The notes under the pieces are model-generated. The model ran no database searches. It was not told the DNA's origin and saw nothing but the letters and a program-made list of their open reading frames with translations. Positions 12,201-24,073 of a DNA stretch of 64,000 bases are shown here, piece after piece (position 1 is the stretch's first letter; each line of letters opens with the position of its first letter). The translations under genes were made by a program, and so were the position numbers. This DNA is from Octopus vulgaris (taxonomy: Eukaryota), in assembly GCA_951406725.2 (NCBI GenBank), contig OX597821.1:97774001-97838000 (forward strand), read 5' to 3'.

Positions 12201-13159
12201 CTATGTATATATATATACAGGGTGCATAGGCTATTTAGGAACATGACTATTTGAGTTATTACTGTTTTTAAATTAACTTTATGTTATTTATGTTTCAGAA
12301 AATAATAATGGCAAACATTCAGCTTACTCAAGAAATGAAGAGACATGCTGTAATTGTGGCCTTAAAGGTTGGGCATAATGATTTAGAGATTGCTCAGTTT
12401 TTCAAATTCTCCAGCCTTTGTTATTTGCAAAGTTCACAAGGAGTTAGAGGCTTCATATGGAAAGGTATCACCAGTAGCAAAATGCAAAAAGCATTCCCAA
12501 CACTCTATTACTATAATAAAATCTGAATTTATTTAGCAAGTTCGACAGCTCATTGACAGAAATCCCAGATAATCCATGAGGTCAATGGCAAAAGATCTCC
12601 CCGTATCAGAATGGACAATCAGAAATGTTGTCCACAACGCCATCCAGTACAAGTTTTACATGCTGAAGAATTCATGCCAGAAAAAACAAAGGAAGATTGT
12701 TTGATCAGATCTAAATGGCTATTAAACAAAGTTAAAAACCCAGAAGAACATGACTTCATTTGGGTTTTTTTCTTAGATGGGAAAACTTTTGACCGGACAA
12801 CAGAAAAATGACAGATGTTTATGTTCAAACTCTTCTGAATTTCCAACAGTTCTTCACACAAAATTTCCTGCAACTTTCATGGATTTTGGTGTTATTAGTT
12901 ATGAAAACATGTGATGCCTTCTCACTTCTTTCTACAAGGCCTTAGAGTTAACTCTGGTGATGACATTGAGGTTCTGGAAACTGTTGTCAAGCCCTGGATA
13001 GATAGAGTTCGCAATGAAAGGCCTTATGTGTTTCAGCAGGACTTTACTCCATTACGTAAGGCTCAAACAACCCAAAAATGGCTGGCTGACCATTTCCATG
13101 ACCACATAATCCCTAACATTTGGCTTCCAAACTCACCAGATCTCAATCCATTGAACTAC

Positions 13160-13570
13160 TCTCTCTCTCTTTTACTCTTTTACTTGTTTCAGTCATTTGA
13201 CTGCAGCCATGCTGGAGCACCGCCTTTAGTCGAGCAAATCGACCATGAGACTTATTCTTTGTAAGCCCAGTACTTATTCTATCGGTCTCTTTTCACGCTA
13301 AGTGAAGGGGACGTAAACACACCAGCATCAGTTGTCAAGCAATGCTAGGGGGACAAACACATACACACAAACATACACTCAAATACATATATATATACAT
13401 ATATACGACGGGCTTCTTTCAGTTTCCGTCTACCAAATCCACTCACAAGGCATTGGTCGGCCCGGGGCTATAGCAGAAGACACTTGCCCAAGATGCCACG
13501 CAATGGGACTGAACCCGGAACCATGTGGTTGGTAAGCAAGCTACTTACCACACAGCCACTCCTGCACCTA
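13160..13570 (-). mobile_element. SINE A inserted in the maT transposase
   Basis: Full reverse-complement SINE A interrupting the ORF just after SPDLNPLNY. Confidence 0.9.
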
Positions 13571-13828
13571 TTGCTTATGTTTTGCTGAGAAAGAGATCAA
13601 TCAACATCCCCATAACATCAAGGATTCTTTGAAAGCTGCCATAGTCAGAGAAATGTCTGATATGAACCAGGACCATTTAATTCAGGCATGTAGATGATTC
13701 GGATTCTGCACAGAAGCAATTATTGATGCTGAAGCTGGCTACATTGAATAAGATCATAATGAAGCTAATCTAGTTTATATGTACAAATTTTTCCATTAAT
13801 AAAATTGTTTTCTATTATTTTATGCATG

Positions 13829-14155
13829 GAAGGTGTTTGTAAGCCATTTAAGAAACACACAAAAGCCGTTCGATTCACTTCAACATTTAAGTTTAATTTG
13901 TCAAGATATTTTCATCGCTTTAAGACCGCGACCTGTTCACTGACAAAGAGATGCAGCACGGATTTTTGTCAGTGAACAGGTCGCGGATTTTAGCAACGAA
14001 AATATTTTGACAAATTAAACTTAAATGTTGAAGTGAATCGAACGGCTTTTGTGTGTTTCTTAAATGGCTTACAAACACCTTCCACGCTGCAATTGTTTTC
14101 GTTTCAGCAAACGATCTCAGATCAAATCACTTGCTATGCAAGTACATCTCCATAA
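13829..14155. mobile_element. Fold-back insertion with hammerhead-like motif in both arms and a 13-bp TSD (Penelope-like inverted pLTR)
   Basis: Inverted arms 13824-13947 and 13965-14087, plus tail to 14155; TSD TATTTTATGCATG at 13816-13828 and 14156-14168. Confidence 0.75.
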
Positions 14156-14219
14156 TATTTTATGCATGTTTTTCTAAAAAAACAAATTTGTCCTCAAATA
14201 CCTTATGCGTCCAACAATG

Positions 14220-16010
14220 AAGCACTGCTGTTTAAGGGTCATAGACTGCCAATACAAGGGCACTATTGTTTAGCATTCATTGACATTCAAGATAAGAATA
14301 TTTCTATAAAGGCGTTTTAAACTTCCAAGAAAGAGATGTAATTGTTCATGATTACAGACTTTCAATAAGGGAATTTTGTTGTTTAAGGAGCATAGATTTT
14401 CAAAAATATGTGTACCTGTTTAAATGTCATATACTACCTAAAGAAGGTACAACTGTTTTGTTGGCCATGGATGTCTTTGGAGGTGGTGTGGTTGCTTAGA
14501 GTTATTATCTTTAAAGAAGGGCGCACTGAACTTTAGATGCTATACCCCAACCCCACTGCCCAAGAAGAGGTTGTAGATATATAGCATCATGAGCTTCCAG
14601 GAAGGGGGTACATTTTTAAAGAGGCCACAAGCTCCTTAGAGTAAATATTACTGTCTAGGGACCATAGACTTGCAAGAAGGCATTTCTGTTTAAGGGTTTT
14701 AAAGTTCTAATAATGACATACAGCTGTTTAGAGGCCTTATCATCATCATCATCATTGTTCGACCGTGGTCGAGACAATGGAATTTACCATGCTACACCAG
14801 ACTTCACGGTCCATCATGGCATTACAGAGGTCCTGTTGCTGGATGCCTGTATCCCTGGAGATTACATCAGGGTAGGAGAGTGTGCGCCCTCTGGTATTGC
14901 AAGTAGATGGCTTCCAGAGGAGAAGAGTAGAAATTACTTCGTTTTCAACTCTACAACAATGTCCAGCAAACTGGACTCTCCTACCTTTCACAAGAGATGA
15001 CACAGGCCTTATACTTCCAAAGACTCTCTTATCTTTTGTGTCCATAGACTTCCAAGAAATGAATATTATTATTTTAGAGTCATATATTACGAGCATAACA
15101 AATGGGTGCAGCTATGGCTGTGAAGTTGAGATATTCACTTTGCAACAGTGTTGCTTTTGGGTTAAACCCATTTTAAGGAATTTTAGGCAAGAGCTTTTTT
15201 TTCTTTCTGTAACACCAGGTTAGTCAAAGCTTCGTGAATGAAATTTGGTTGATGAATACTGTGTGAAAACCTATCAAATGATTGTTCTTGGATAGAAGTT
15301 TAACTGTGTCATTTGTCTCATGGATGCCTTTAGTGGGCCAGATCTTCTGTCTGAACAGAATCTCTTCCTTTCATTTTACCAGTTATGGAGACTCTAAAGA
15401 GTTATGGACATTATCCTATCACCTCTACCTTAACTTAAAAGAAAAAGAAGAACCACACCAGTGTTCTTCCATGCAAATATATGACCCCTAAACAGCAGCA
15501 TTCCTTTCCTAAGAAAAAAATGGCCTCAGAGCAGCTATATATCATTCTTCAAAGCTTAGAGCCCTTAAATAAGAATGTCCTTTTCTTGGAAGTTTGTAAC
15601 CCATAAACAGTAATATTCTAAGAATTTTATGGTCTCTAAATAACAGTATTCCCTTCCTAGAAGTTTATGATACCTAAATATCTTAACTTCCATATTGGAA
15701 GTCTATGACATCTAAAGTTCAGAGATCCTTTTTTGAAAATAATAACCCTAAGCAACTGCACCACCTTCTTAGACATCTATAGCCAACAAAAAGGGTAGTA
15801 CCTTCTTTTGGGAGACATATAGCACTTAAACAGTTATGCATTTTCTTGAAAATCTATGACTTCTCAACAGCAAATTTCTCTTAATAGAAATCTATAACCT
15901 CTTATCATTCACCAATCCTTCTTGAAACCCTAAACCTTCTAAATAGTAATATTTCCTTCTCCGATATCTATCAGCACTGAACATCAGTGTTTCTTAATTG
16001 GACACTATAG
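14220..16010. repeat. Large diverged inverted repeat built of degenerate ~36-bp tandem units
   Basis: Units like AAGGGAATACTGCTGTTTAGGGGTCATAGACTTCC on + (14220-~15075) and a colinear reverse complement at ~15470-16010. Confidence 0.7.
14741..15003 (-). mobile_element. RTE-type LINE 3' fragment with (TGA)n tail and 9-bp TSD
   Basis: RRVQFAGHCCR..MDREVW; TSD AGGCCTTAT at 14732-14740 and 15004-15012; same family as 51436-51858. Confidence 0.8.
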
Positions 16011-16317
16011 GGTCATACTGCTAGAGACCATAGATTTCCATATTGTGATGGTTAAGTGTCACAAATACCCTATAACTGAAAGAGAAAATACTGAATAATA
16101 ATAATCTCAGTCTGACAATCTTTGAGTTATAAGTCTACTGGATAAGAAGTGGACCCTGGCAACTGAACAACAATAACAACTAGATATTAAATAGGTCTTT
16201 CATTTCAACAGGCCTCTTCTCCTCTTTCATCTCTGCTAGATTTTCCACACCATTTTGCAATATTACAGCATTATTTGTCGCAGTGTTTTCACAATCAGAT
16301 TTGCAGTGTGAGATATA

Positions 16318-16689
16318 CTATATATATATAATGTATGTGTGGTGTGTGTATATATCTATATATATGATAATGATAATAACAAAAATAATATATACATATA
16401 TATATAAAATAATGTGTGTGTATATATATGACAATAATAATAATAATAATAATAATATACATATATATATGATATATATATATATACATATGATGTATAA
16501 ATGATATATGTACATATGTATATATATATGATTTATATACATCATCATCGTTTAATGTCCGTTAAACGATGATGATGTATAATGTATATATATATGTATA
16601 TATATAATATATGTACATATAATATATATATATATATATACATACATACACATGCACACATACATATAAATATATACATATATACATAC

Positions 16690-16739
<50 letters not shown>

Positions 16740-16843
16740 ATATACATTTACTTACATACACACACACACAGATATACACATATATAATTTATATACGAGT
16801 ATGCGTGTGTGTTTGTCTTATCTTGTCTATGTGTATATATATA

Positions 16844-16899
<56 letters not shown>

Positions 16900-16919
16900 C
16901 ACACAAACATACACACACA

Positions 16920-16985
<66 letters not shown>

Positions 16986-17288
16986 TATGATAAGATGTGT
17001 TAATAATATGATTGACTTTTTCATTTCCCTGTGATACAAGATTAAAATTTCTTTCGTTCAGTAATTCTTGCTATGACGTAGATTCTGCCATTCAACAGAG
17101 ACAACATCTGCTCAATGAACATTTACTGATTCTTCTTGACTATTAATCTTGTCTTCTCCGTGTTTCCTCTTAACTAATATTGTATTCCATAATACAGGTC
17201 TGTTGTTGTTGTTGTTGTTGCTGGGGAGTAGTGGTGGTGGTGATGTTGGTGATAGATGATTGCCTTCAGTTGTCATATGTCTTGTTCT

Positions 17289-17327
<39 letters not shown>

Positions 17328-17421
17328 TTTGTATGTGTGTGTATGAATGTGTGTGAGAGTGTCTGTATGTGAGTGTGTAGGTGTGATTTCATGTATGTAT
17401 ACATATACATACATGCGTATG

Positions 17422-17462
<41 letters not shown>

Positions 17463-17536
17463 TCTGTGTGAATGTTTGTATGCATGCTTGTATACATCAA
17501 TATCTATACATTTGTATAATATATATTTAAATATAT

Positions 17537-17585
<49 letters not shown>

Positions 17586-17690
17586 TACACACATACAGGC
17601 ATACATATATGCATTTGAATAAATTAGTAGAAATATATATTCAACGTACATACATACTTAGGCACACACATACATATGCACATACACACA

Positions 17691-17723
<33 letters not shown>

Positions 17724-17775
17724 ATGCGTGGGTGTGTTTGTGTGCATGCATGTATGCACATGTGTGTGAGTGTGC
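16318..17775. repeat. Microsatellite-dense block, (TA)n/(CA)n/(TG)n/(AAT)n
   Basis: Direct reading. Confidence 0.9.
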
Positions 17776-18281
17776 CTGGGTATGAATTTGAATAGAATGG
17801 GAGGAACAAGATGGTCAAGTGGTTAAAGCATGTGATTATTGTTTTCATGGGTTGGGAGAAGAGTCAAATCCTGCTGCAAAAGCTTCACTGTTTTACTGAA
17901 TAAGATGCTTCCTCCTACATATTCTACCTGTCTGCTATCCATAGAGATTAGTCTCCAATCTTCAGAGATATCAACCGCTCATCTTTTATCTATTTGATGC
18001 TGGATATAATCATCACCATCATCATCATCATCATTTTAATGTCCACTTTTCCATACTTGATGAGTTTGATGGTGTTTATTGAAGCAGATTTTCCATGGCC
18101 AAATGCCCTTCTTATCACCAATCCTGACTTGTTTCTAAGCAAGGTAATATTTCCCCATGGCCAGATTATTTTCACAGAATAATGGAAATGAATGACGTTC
18201 TTTAACAACATTGTAATCTGTTAAGACAACAAAACATAAACACATACACACATTCACACACACATGCACCCACACACACAT

Positions 18282-18326
<45 letters not shown>

Positions 18327-18328
<2 letters not shown>

Positions 18329-18526
18329 GGGTTGCGGATCCGTGGAATAAGCTTCCGGACGAGATAGTGAAGATGCCGACAACCGCTCGGTTCAAAGTCT
18401 CCCTTGACCACAAATGGCCTGAATTCTTTGCATGAACACCATCTTGTACATAACTCCATGTCCCCCTACATGGCCTTGCTTTTTGCTTTTTGAGCCAAAA
18501 AAATTAACTTAACTTAACTAACTTAA
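18327..18526 (+). mobile_element. CR1-B LINE 3' end inserted in (CA)n
   Basis: CCGGGTTGCGGATCCGTGGAATAAGC..TTTTGAGCCAAAAAA(TTAAC)n, same as 21516-21718 and 33889-34083. Confidence 0.8.
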
Positions 18527-18553
18527 CACACACACATACATGTATATATATAT

Positions 18554-18764
18554 GATCGCCATGTTGATTCGCTAGCCTCTGCACGCATTTTTTTCTCTCC
18601 TTGTTTCTTTCTGTGTTTCTTTTCTGTGTATCTTTCTGTTGAAGAGCGTAGGCTCGAAACGTAAAAGACTTGTTTTATTTATATTCCTGAGCGCCATACG
18701 AATACAATTGTTTGTTTGTATTCCACCTGCCTTCGTCTTTTGTTTATTTTCATAAAGCTTCCCG

Positions 18765-18765
<1 letters not shown>
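18554..18765 (+). mobile_element. ~200-bp hammerhead-bearing repeat (Penelope pLTR-like) in (TA)n
   Basis: Contains motif 18631-18668; second copy at 11280-11486. Confidence 0.7.
18631..18668 (+). ncRNA. Minimal type-I hammerhead-like ribozyme motif
   Basis: TCTTT CTGTTGA A GAGC GTAG GCTC GAAA CG TA AAAGA. Confidence 0.6.
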
Positions 18766-18805
<40 letters not shown>

Positions 18806-19119
18806 ACAGCCCTGATCTTTGGAGTCTTTTTTAGGAGAGGCAGTTATAATTGTCCTAAAATTGTAATTTTTGTATATCATTGCTAAACATCTACTAAACT
18901 GATCTGCCAACTTTTTTTTATTCCTGGAGACACCTGTAACAGCACTTTGAACACATTTTACTAATCACAACTTATCTCACCTGACTAGTTTGCAGAATGC
19001 AGTCGGGATGTGCAAACAATTTGGAGGTTTGCTATGCAATAACCTTTTGAGTTGAACTGGGCAAAATGCTACAGGATACTTATGAAATGCTCCAAACTGC
19101 ATATGGATTCATTTGTATG

Positions 19120-19882
19120 AGTTGGCACGTAAAATGCACCAATCCGACCATGGCCGATGCCAGCCTCGCCTGGCTCCAGTGCAGGTGGCACGTAAAAAGC
19201 ATCCACTACACTCACGGAGTGGTTGGCGTTAGGAAGGGCATCCAGCTGTAGAAACATTGCCAGATAAGACCGGAGCCTGGTGCAGCCTCCTGGCTTCCCA
19301 GATCCCCGGTCGAACCGTCCAACCCATGCTAGCATGGAGAACGGATGTTAAATGATAATGATGATGATGATGATGTAGCCAGTCCACTTATGCATGCCGT
19401 TCCTTCTTGGGACACAAAACTCTACTTGTGAAGACCTGTTGAGGCAAGTGAGAATCGAAATCAATCAACATCAATGGAAATTGCAGCTGTGATACTAGTG
19501 CCGGTGGCACGTAAGAGAACCATCCGAACGTGGCCGTTACCAGCGCCGCCCTGACTGGCCTCGTGCTGGTGGTACGTAAAAAGCACCATCTGTTCGTGGC
19601 CGTTGCCAGCCTCGCCTGGCCCCCATGCCGGTAGCACGTAAAAAGCACCATCCGATCGTGGCCGTTTGCCAGCATTGTCTGGCACCTGTGCCGGTGGCAC
19701 GTAAAAAGCACCCACTACACTCATGGAGTGGTTGGCGTCAGGAAGAGCATCCAGCCGTAGAAACATTGCCAGATCAGACTGGGCCTGGTGCAGCCTCTTG
19801 GCTTCCCAGACCCCAGTTGAACCGTCCAACCCATGCTAGCATGGAAAACAGATGTTAAATGATGATGATGATGATGATGATG
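19120..19882 (+). mobile_element. Two SINE family C copies (3' parts with internal tandem units and (GAT)n tails)
   Basis: GGTGGCACGTAAAAAGCACC units, then GGAGTGGTTGGCGTTAGGAAGGGCATCCAGC..CCAACCCATGCTAGCATGG..(GAT)n. Confidence 0.85.
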
Positions 19883-19884
19883 AA

Positions 19885-20335
19885 GCATCTGTTTTATGCT
19901 GACACAAGAGGCCAGGAAAAGCGAGTCCACTAAGAAATTCATGATGAACCCCTTTTATGAGAACAAGGGTATGAGCATCATCTACATCCATTCGGTTCCC
20001 TTTGGCCAGATGATCAACAAAGAGTACTTTGTGGAGGGGGCTCTGAGGGAGTTCAGGAAAAGATTTCATCACAAAAGACCAGAGCACCTGCACCAGGACA
20101 ATGCATCAGTCTGCAATTACATCCTGGTCACCAACTACTTGACAGAGTTCAGCATCAAAACTGTCCCTTGCTCTCCCCACAGTCCAGACCTAGCTCCCTA
20201 TGGCTTTTGTTTGTTCCCAAACTGAAGAAGATGAAGGTGGTTGTGACAAGGATCCTGGACCACTTTCACTATGGAAGATTTCCATGTGGGCCTTCACAAG
20301 TGCCTTGAAGTCAGAGGATTCTACTTTGAAGGCGA
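19885..20335 (+). mobile_element. Degenerate mariner transposase fragment
   Basis: VPFGQMINKEYF..HLHQDNASV..PHSPDLAPYGFCLFP. Confidence 0.7.
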
Positions 20336-20372
20336 TTAGAGTTTTGTACTTATTTGAAATGAAAATATCTCC

Positions 20373-20508
<136 letters not shown>

Positions 20509-21300
20509 TTACAGTCATCAACATGGCAAGCAATGCTTGACCCCACTCTGTAAATAATTTTGTAAGGAAACCACAGATAGTTGTTGTGCCCAGTTTTGGA
20601 ATTTATACTATCATGGAAAGCAAGTTCTTTTCTATTGATGCACGAGTTTCTTTTTGAATGAATGTTGTCCTCCAGACTTGGAGAACATCTCAATTCAATT
20701 TTGTGTTGTGAAATATTTTTGATTTTTCCATCTATGGACAATGACAACGACAATGACAATGATGATGACAACGACAATGATGATGATGATGGAGGAGGAG
20801 GAGGAGGAGGATAATGATGATGATGATGATGATGATGCTGAAGACCTATCACTTATTCATTTTAACTTTGGAATAATCGATGTCATCTATCTTCAGGTAA
20901 TATTCTTTGTATTAGTAACCAATATCTTTACACAATATTTTAAAACTAATATCATCATCTATCTAAATATGATATTTTTTTAAGTCATCAATATCATCAA
21001 TATCATCAATAAGTAACCAATATCAATGTAACTATAAGATATTTCTGAAGTGACTGACATCATCTTTCATCATAAACAATCTATAAACACTTTGAAAATT
21101 TTAATCTAAATTGTATTTCTTTCTTTCATTTTTTTCTAGCAGTGAGCAAAGACACACTAAATAGCAAATATCATCATCATTGTTTTAATGTCCACTTTCC
21201 TACGCTTGCAAAGGTTGGACAGAGTTTTTATTGAGGCACATCTTTTACAGCAAGATGCCCTTCCTGTCACCAACCCACACTTGTTTCCAAGCCAGGTGAT

Positions 21301-21718
21301 TAATACTTCGATTCGCCCTCGAATCGAAGTATCAATCTAGAAAAACGACGACGCCGTGGTGATCTCATTCTTGCTCATAACATCATAAGAGGAAAGTGTA
21401 ACCTCTCGAAAGAGCTGTTCTTCACTTCTGCTCCAGAGCGTAGGCTGTGGGGTTACTCCGAAAAGCTCTATCTGCGACGATTTCATCTCAATCGAAGGAG
21501 AGGGGCTTTCTCCGTCCGGGTTGCGGATCCGTGGAATAAGCTGCCGGACAAGATAGTGAAGATGCCGACGACCGCTCGGTTCAAAGTCTCTCTTGACCAG
21601 AGATGGCCTGAACTCTTTGCATGAACACCCTCCCTGTACATAACTCCATGTCCCCCTACATGGCCTTGCTTTTTGCTTTTTGAGCCAAAAAATTAACTTA
21701 ACTTAACTTAACTTAACT
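21301..21718 (+). mobile_element. CR1-B LINE 3' fragment with 12-bp TSD
   Basis: LEKRRRRGDLILAHNII..; (TTAAC)n tail; TSD AAGCCAGGTGAT at 21289-21300 and 21719-21730. Confidence 0.85.
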
Positions 21719-22583
21719 AAGCCAGGTGATATTTCCCTAAAGTCTATGTTTTCACAGAACATTGGAAATTAATGGCACAAACACACATACATATCATCAC
21801 TTAACATCCATGCTGGCATGGATTGGACCATTTGACAAGAACTGGCAAGCCAGAGGACTGTACCAAGCTCTATTGGCACAGTTTTTTCTTTGTTGGGTGC
21901 CCTTTCTAACATCAACCACTTTGCAGAGTGTACTGGGAGAGGAGAAGAGCATTGAGGGAGATGGCTTTGAGCCAGCTGATGTGTGGTCAAAAGAATAATA
22001 GAGAGATAGAAATAGGTGTCTTGCTGTAGAAAAGACACAAGGATACCTCAGATGGGAAAGGAGGGAGAGAAAGAGGGACTTAGAAAAATATAGATGGAGA
22101 AAGTGGATATGTGTCAGGACATACTCTCAAAGTAGAGTGGGGATAGGATATAGGAGAAGTGATACAGAGTATTGGAATAGGTGAGTGGTCAGTGGGTACA
22201 GATGAGAAAGTTTCATAAGAAAGAATGTGAAGAAAGATGGTTAGAGATGGGATAGAAGTAGCTGTAGAAAGTGATGATGAGAGATATTATAGGAGTGGCT
22301 CAGAGGGTTAAGTTTTTTTCAGAGTATTTTCCCATTATGCACCGTTTGGGGGATTTATACCCCAAAACCCCAAATATCCCAATAACCAATGGTCCGATTT
22401 ACATGAAACTTGTTTTATTCCATTTGTATTCACATTTCAAGAGCACTTTACTTTCAAACTATTTTCCTATTAGGCACCAGTTTGGCTGTGTAACATTGCA
22501 AGCAAGCAACGTTGAATTTCATTTTTAATGTATTATAGACACACACACACACATATATACACACACACTTATATATACATACA

Positions 22584-22616
<33 letters not shown>

Positions 22617-22697
22617 TCACACATACATACATATGTATATATATACACACACATACATACATATATATGTATATACACACACACACACATATATATA

Positions 22698-24073
22698 TGC
22701 CTGGTAAATCTTCATTTTTGTGGTCTTGGTCAGCTTATTGTTGTCCCATGCCCATTTGGAGAGTTGGGCCATCACAGCAGCTGCCTTGCCAATGTGTATA
22801 TTGAGCTCAGCATCAAGGGGTAGGTTGTAGGTGACGGTAGAGCCAAGATAGTTAAACTTCTCCACCTTCTGTAATCTGTGGTCTCCAATATGTATGTTTG
22901 GGATGTCTGATGTAGCCTGACCCATGATGTTGGTCTTCTTGAGGCTGATAACTGAGCCAAAGTCGTTACATGCTTGCTCAAAACAGTTGATGTGCCTTTG
23001 TAGGGCTTCTTCTGTGTGTATACCAGAACGGCATCATCAGCAAATTGCATAACCTTCATCAGGATGCTTCTGATTTTGGTCTTGGCATGCAGGTGCGAGA
23101 GATTGAACAGTTTCCCGTCACTTCTACTGTGCAGAAACACTCCATCATCTGATGTCTGAAAGGCATGTGAGAGCAGCAGCGAGAAGAAGATGCCAAATAA
23201 TGTAGGAGCAAGGACACAACCTTGCTTTACCCCCAGGCATGTCTACTTAGGACTCTACTGTATGGAAGTGCAACTTGGACGCCATACACATGCCAAGAGC
23301 ATCGCCTAAATATCTTTCACCTGCAATGCCTCCGGAAAATCCTTCGCATCAAATGGCAGAATCATGTCCACAACAAAGATGTCCACAAGCAAGCAGGAAT
23401 ACCAAGCATGTTTGCACTCCTCACACAAAGACGTATGAGATGGCTTGGACGTGTTAGCCGTATGGAAGCTGGCAGAATCCCCAAGGACATACTCTACAGA
23501 GCACTTGCTAGGGGCACTAGGTCTGTGGGAAGACCATTCTTACGATACAAGGATGTTTGCAAAAGGAACATGAAGGCCTGCAACATCAATATTAGCAGCT
23601 GGGAAGCAGTTGCCAACAACCGTGGAGATTGGCGACGTACCATAAAAGAGGGAACACAAAGGAATCACAGAGAGAGAGAGGAGAAATGGAAAGACAAGAA
23701 AAGACGTCAACAAGAAACTATGACATTACAACCAGCCAGGAAAAGCCTTCACTACATTTGCTGCACCTGCCAGAGGGAGTGTTTGTCCAGGATAGGACTA
23801 CACAGCCACAGCAGGAAATGTATTAGGACATGAAATGTAAAAGCTGGACTAGATTATTTTATACATGGTTTCGGGTTCAGTCCCACTGCATGGCACTTTG
23901 GGTAGGTGTCTTCCACTATAGCCCCGAGCCAACCGAAGCTTTGTGATTGAATTCGGTAGGCGGGAGTTACTGCCGTGTGTGTATGTGTGCGTATAGCTGC
24001 TCAGTGCCTCTTCGAAAGAGAGAGAGAGAGAGAGGGCAACTCCATTGTCTCCTGAGACAAAGACGATGCCAAC
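22698..24073 (+). mobile_element. RTE (BovB-like) LINE with 5' inversion; SINE A fragment in its 3'UTR
   Basis: Minus segment 22698-23233 encodes GVKQGCVLAPTLF..FADDA..FNYLGS..KMKIYQA; plus segment from 23233 continues QACLLRTLLYGSATW..WLGRVSRM..C-x2-C..SRIGLHSH; 3' end CCATTGTCTCCTGAGACAAAGACGATGCCAAC. Confidence 0.88.

Larger units (their letters stand above)
12218..14213 (+). mobile_element. Degenerate maT-type (DD37D) Tc1/mariner transposon with nested insertions
   Basis: Fragments RHAVIVALK..EIAQF and VFQQD-x37-(N/D) with WLPNSPDLNPL; degenerate TIRs GGGTGCATAGGCTATTTAGGAACA / TGTCCTCAAATACCTTATGCGTCC. Confidence 0.75.

Noticed and set aside
19498-19712. CRISPR-like repeat-spacer pattern (GGTGGCACGTAAAAAGCACC repeats)
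   Set aside because: The spacers are homologous to each other, the array is inside a dispersed SINE, there are no cas genes and the context is eukaryotic.
20545-20731. Possible minus-strand exon (DGKIKNISQHK..)
   Set aside because: Weak donor site, no recognisable domain, and flanked by simple repeats; cannot be supported.
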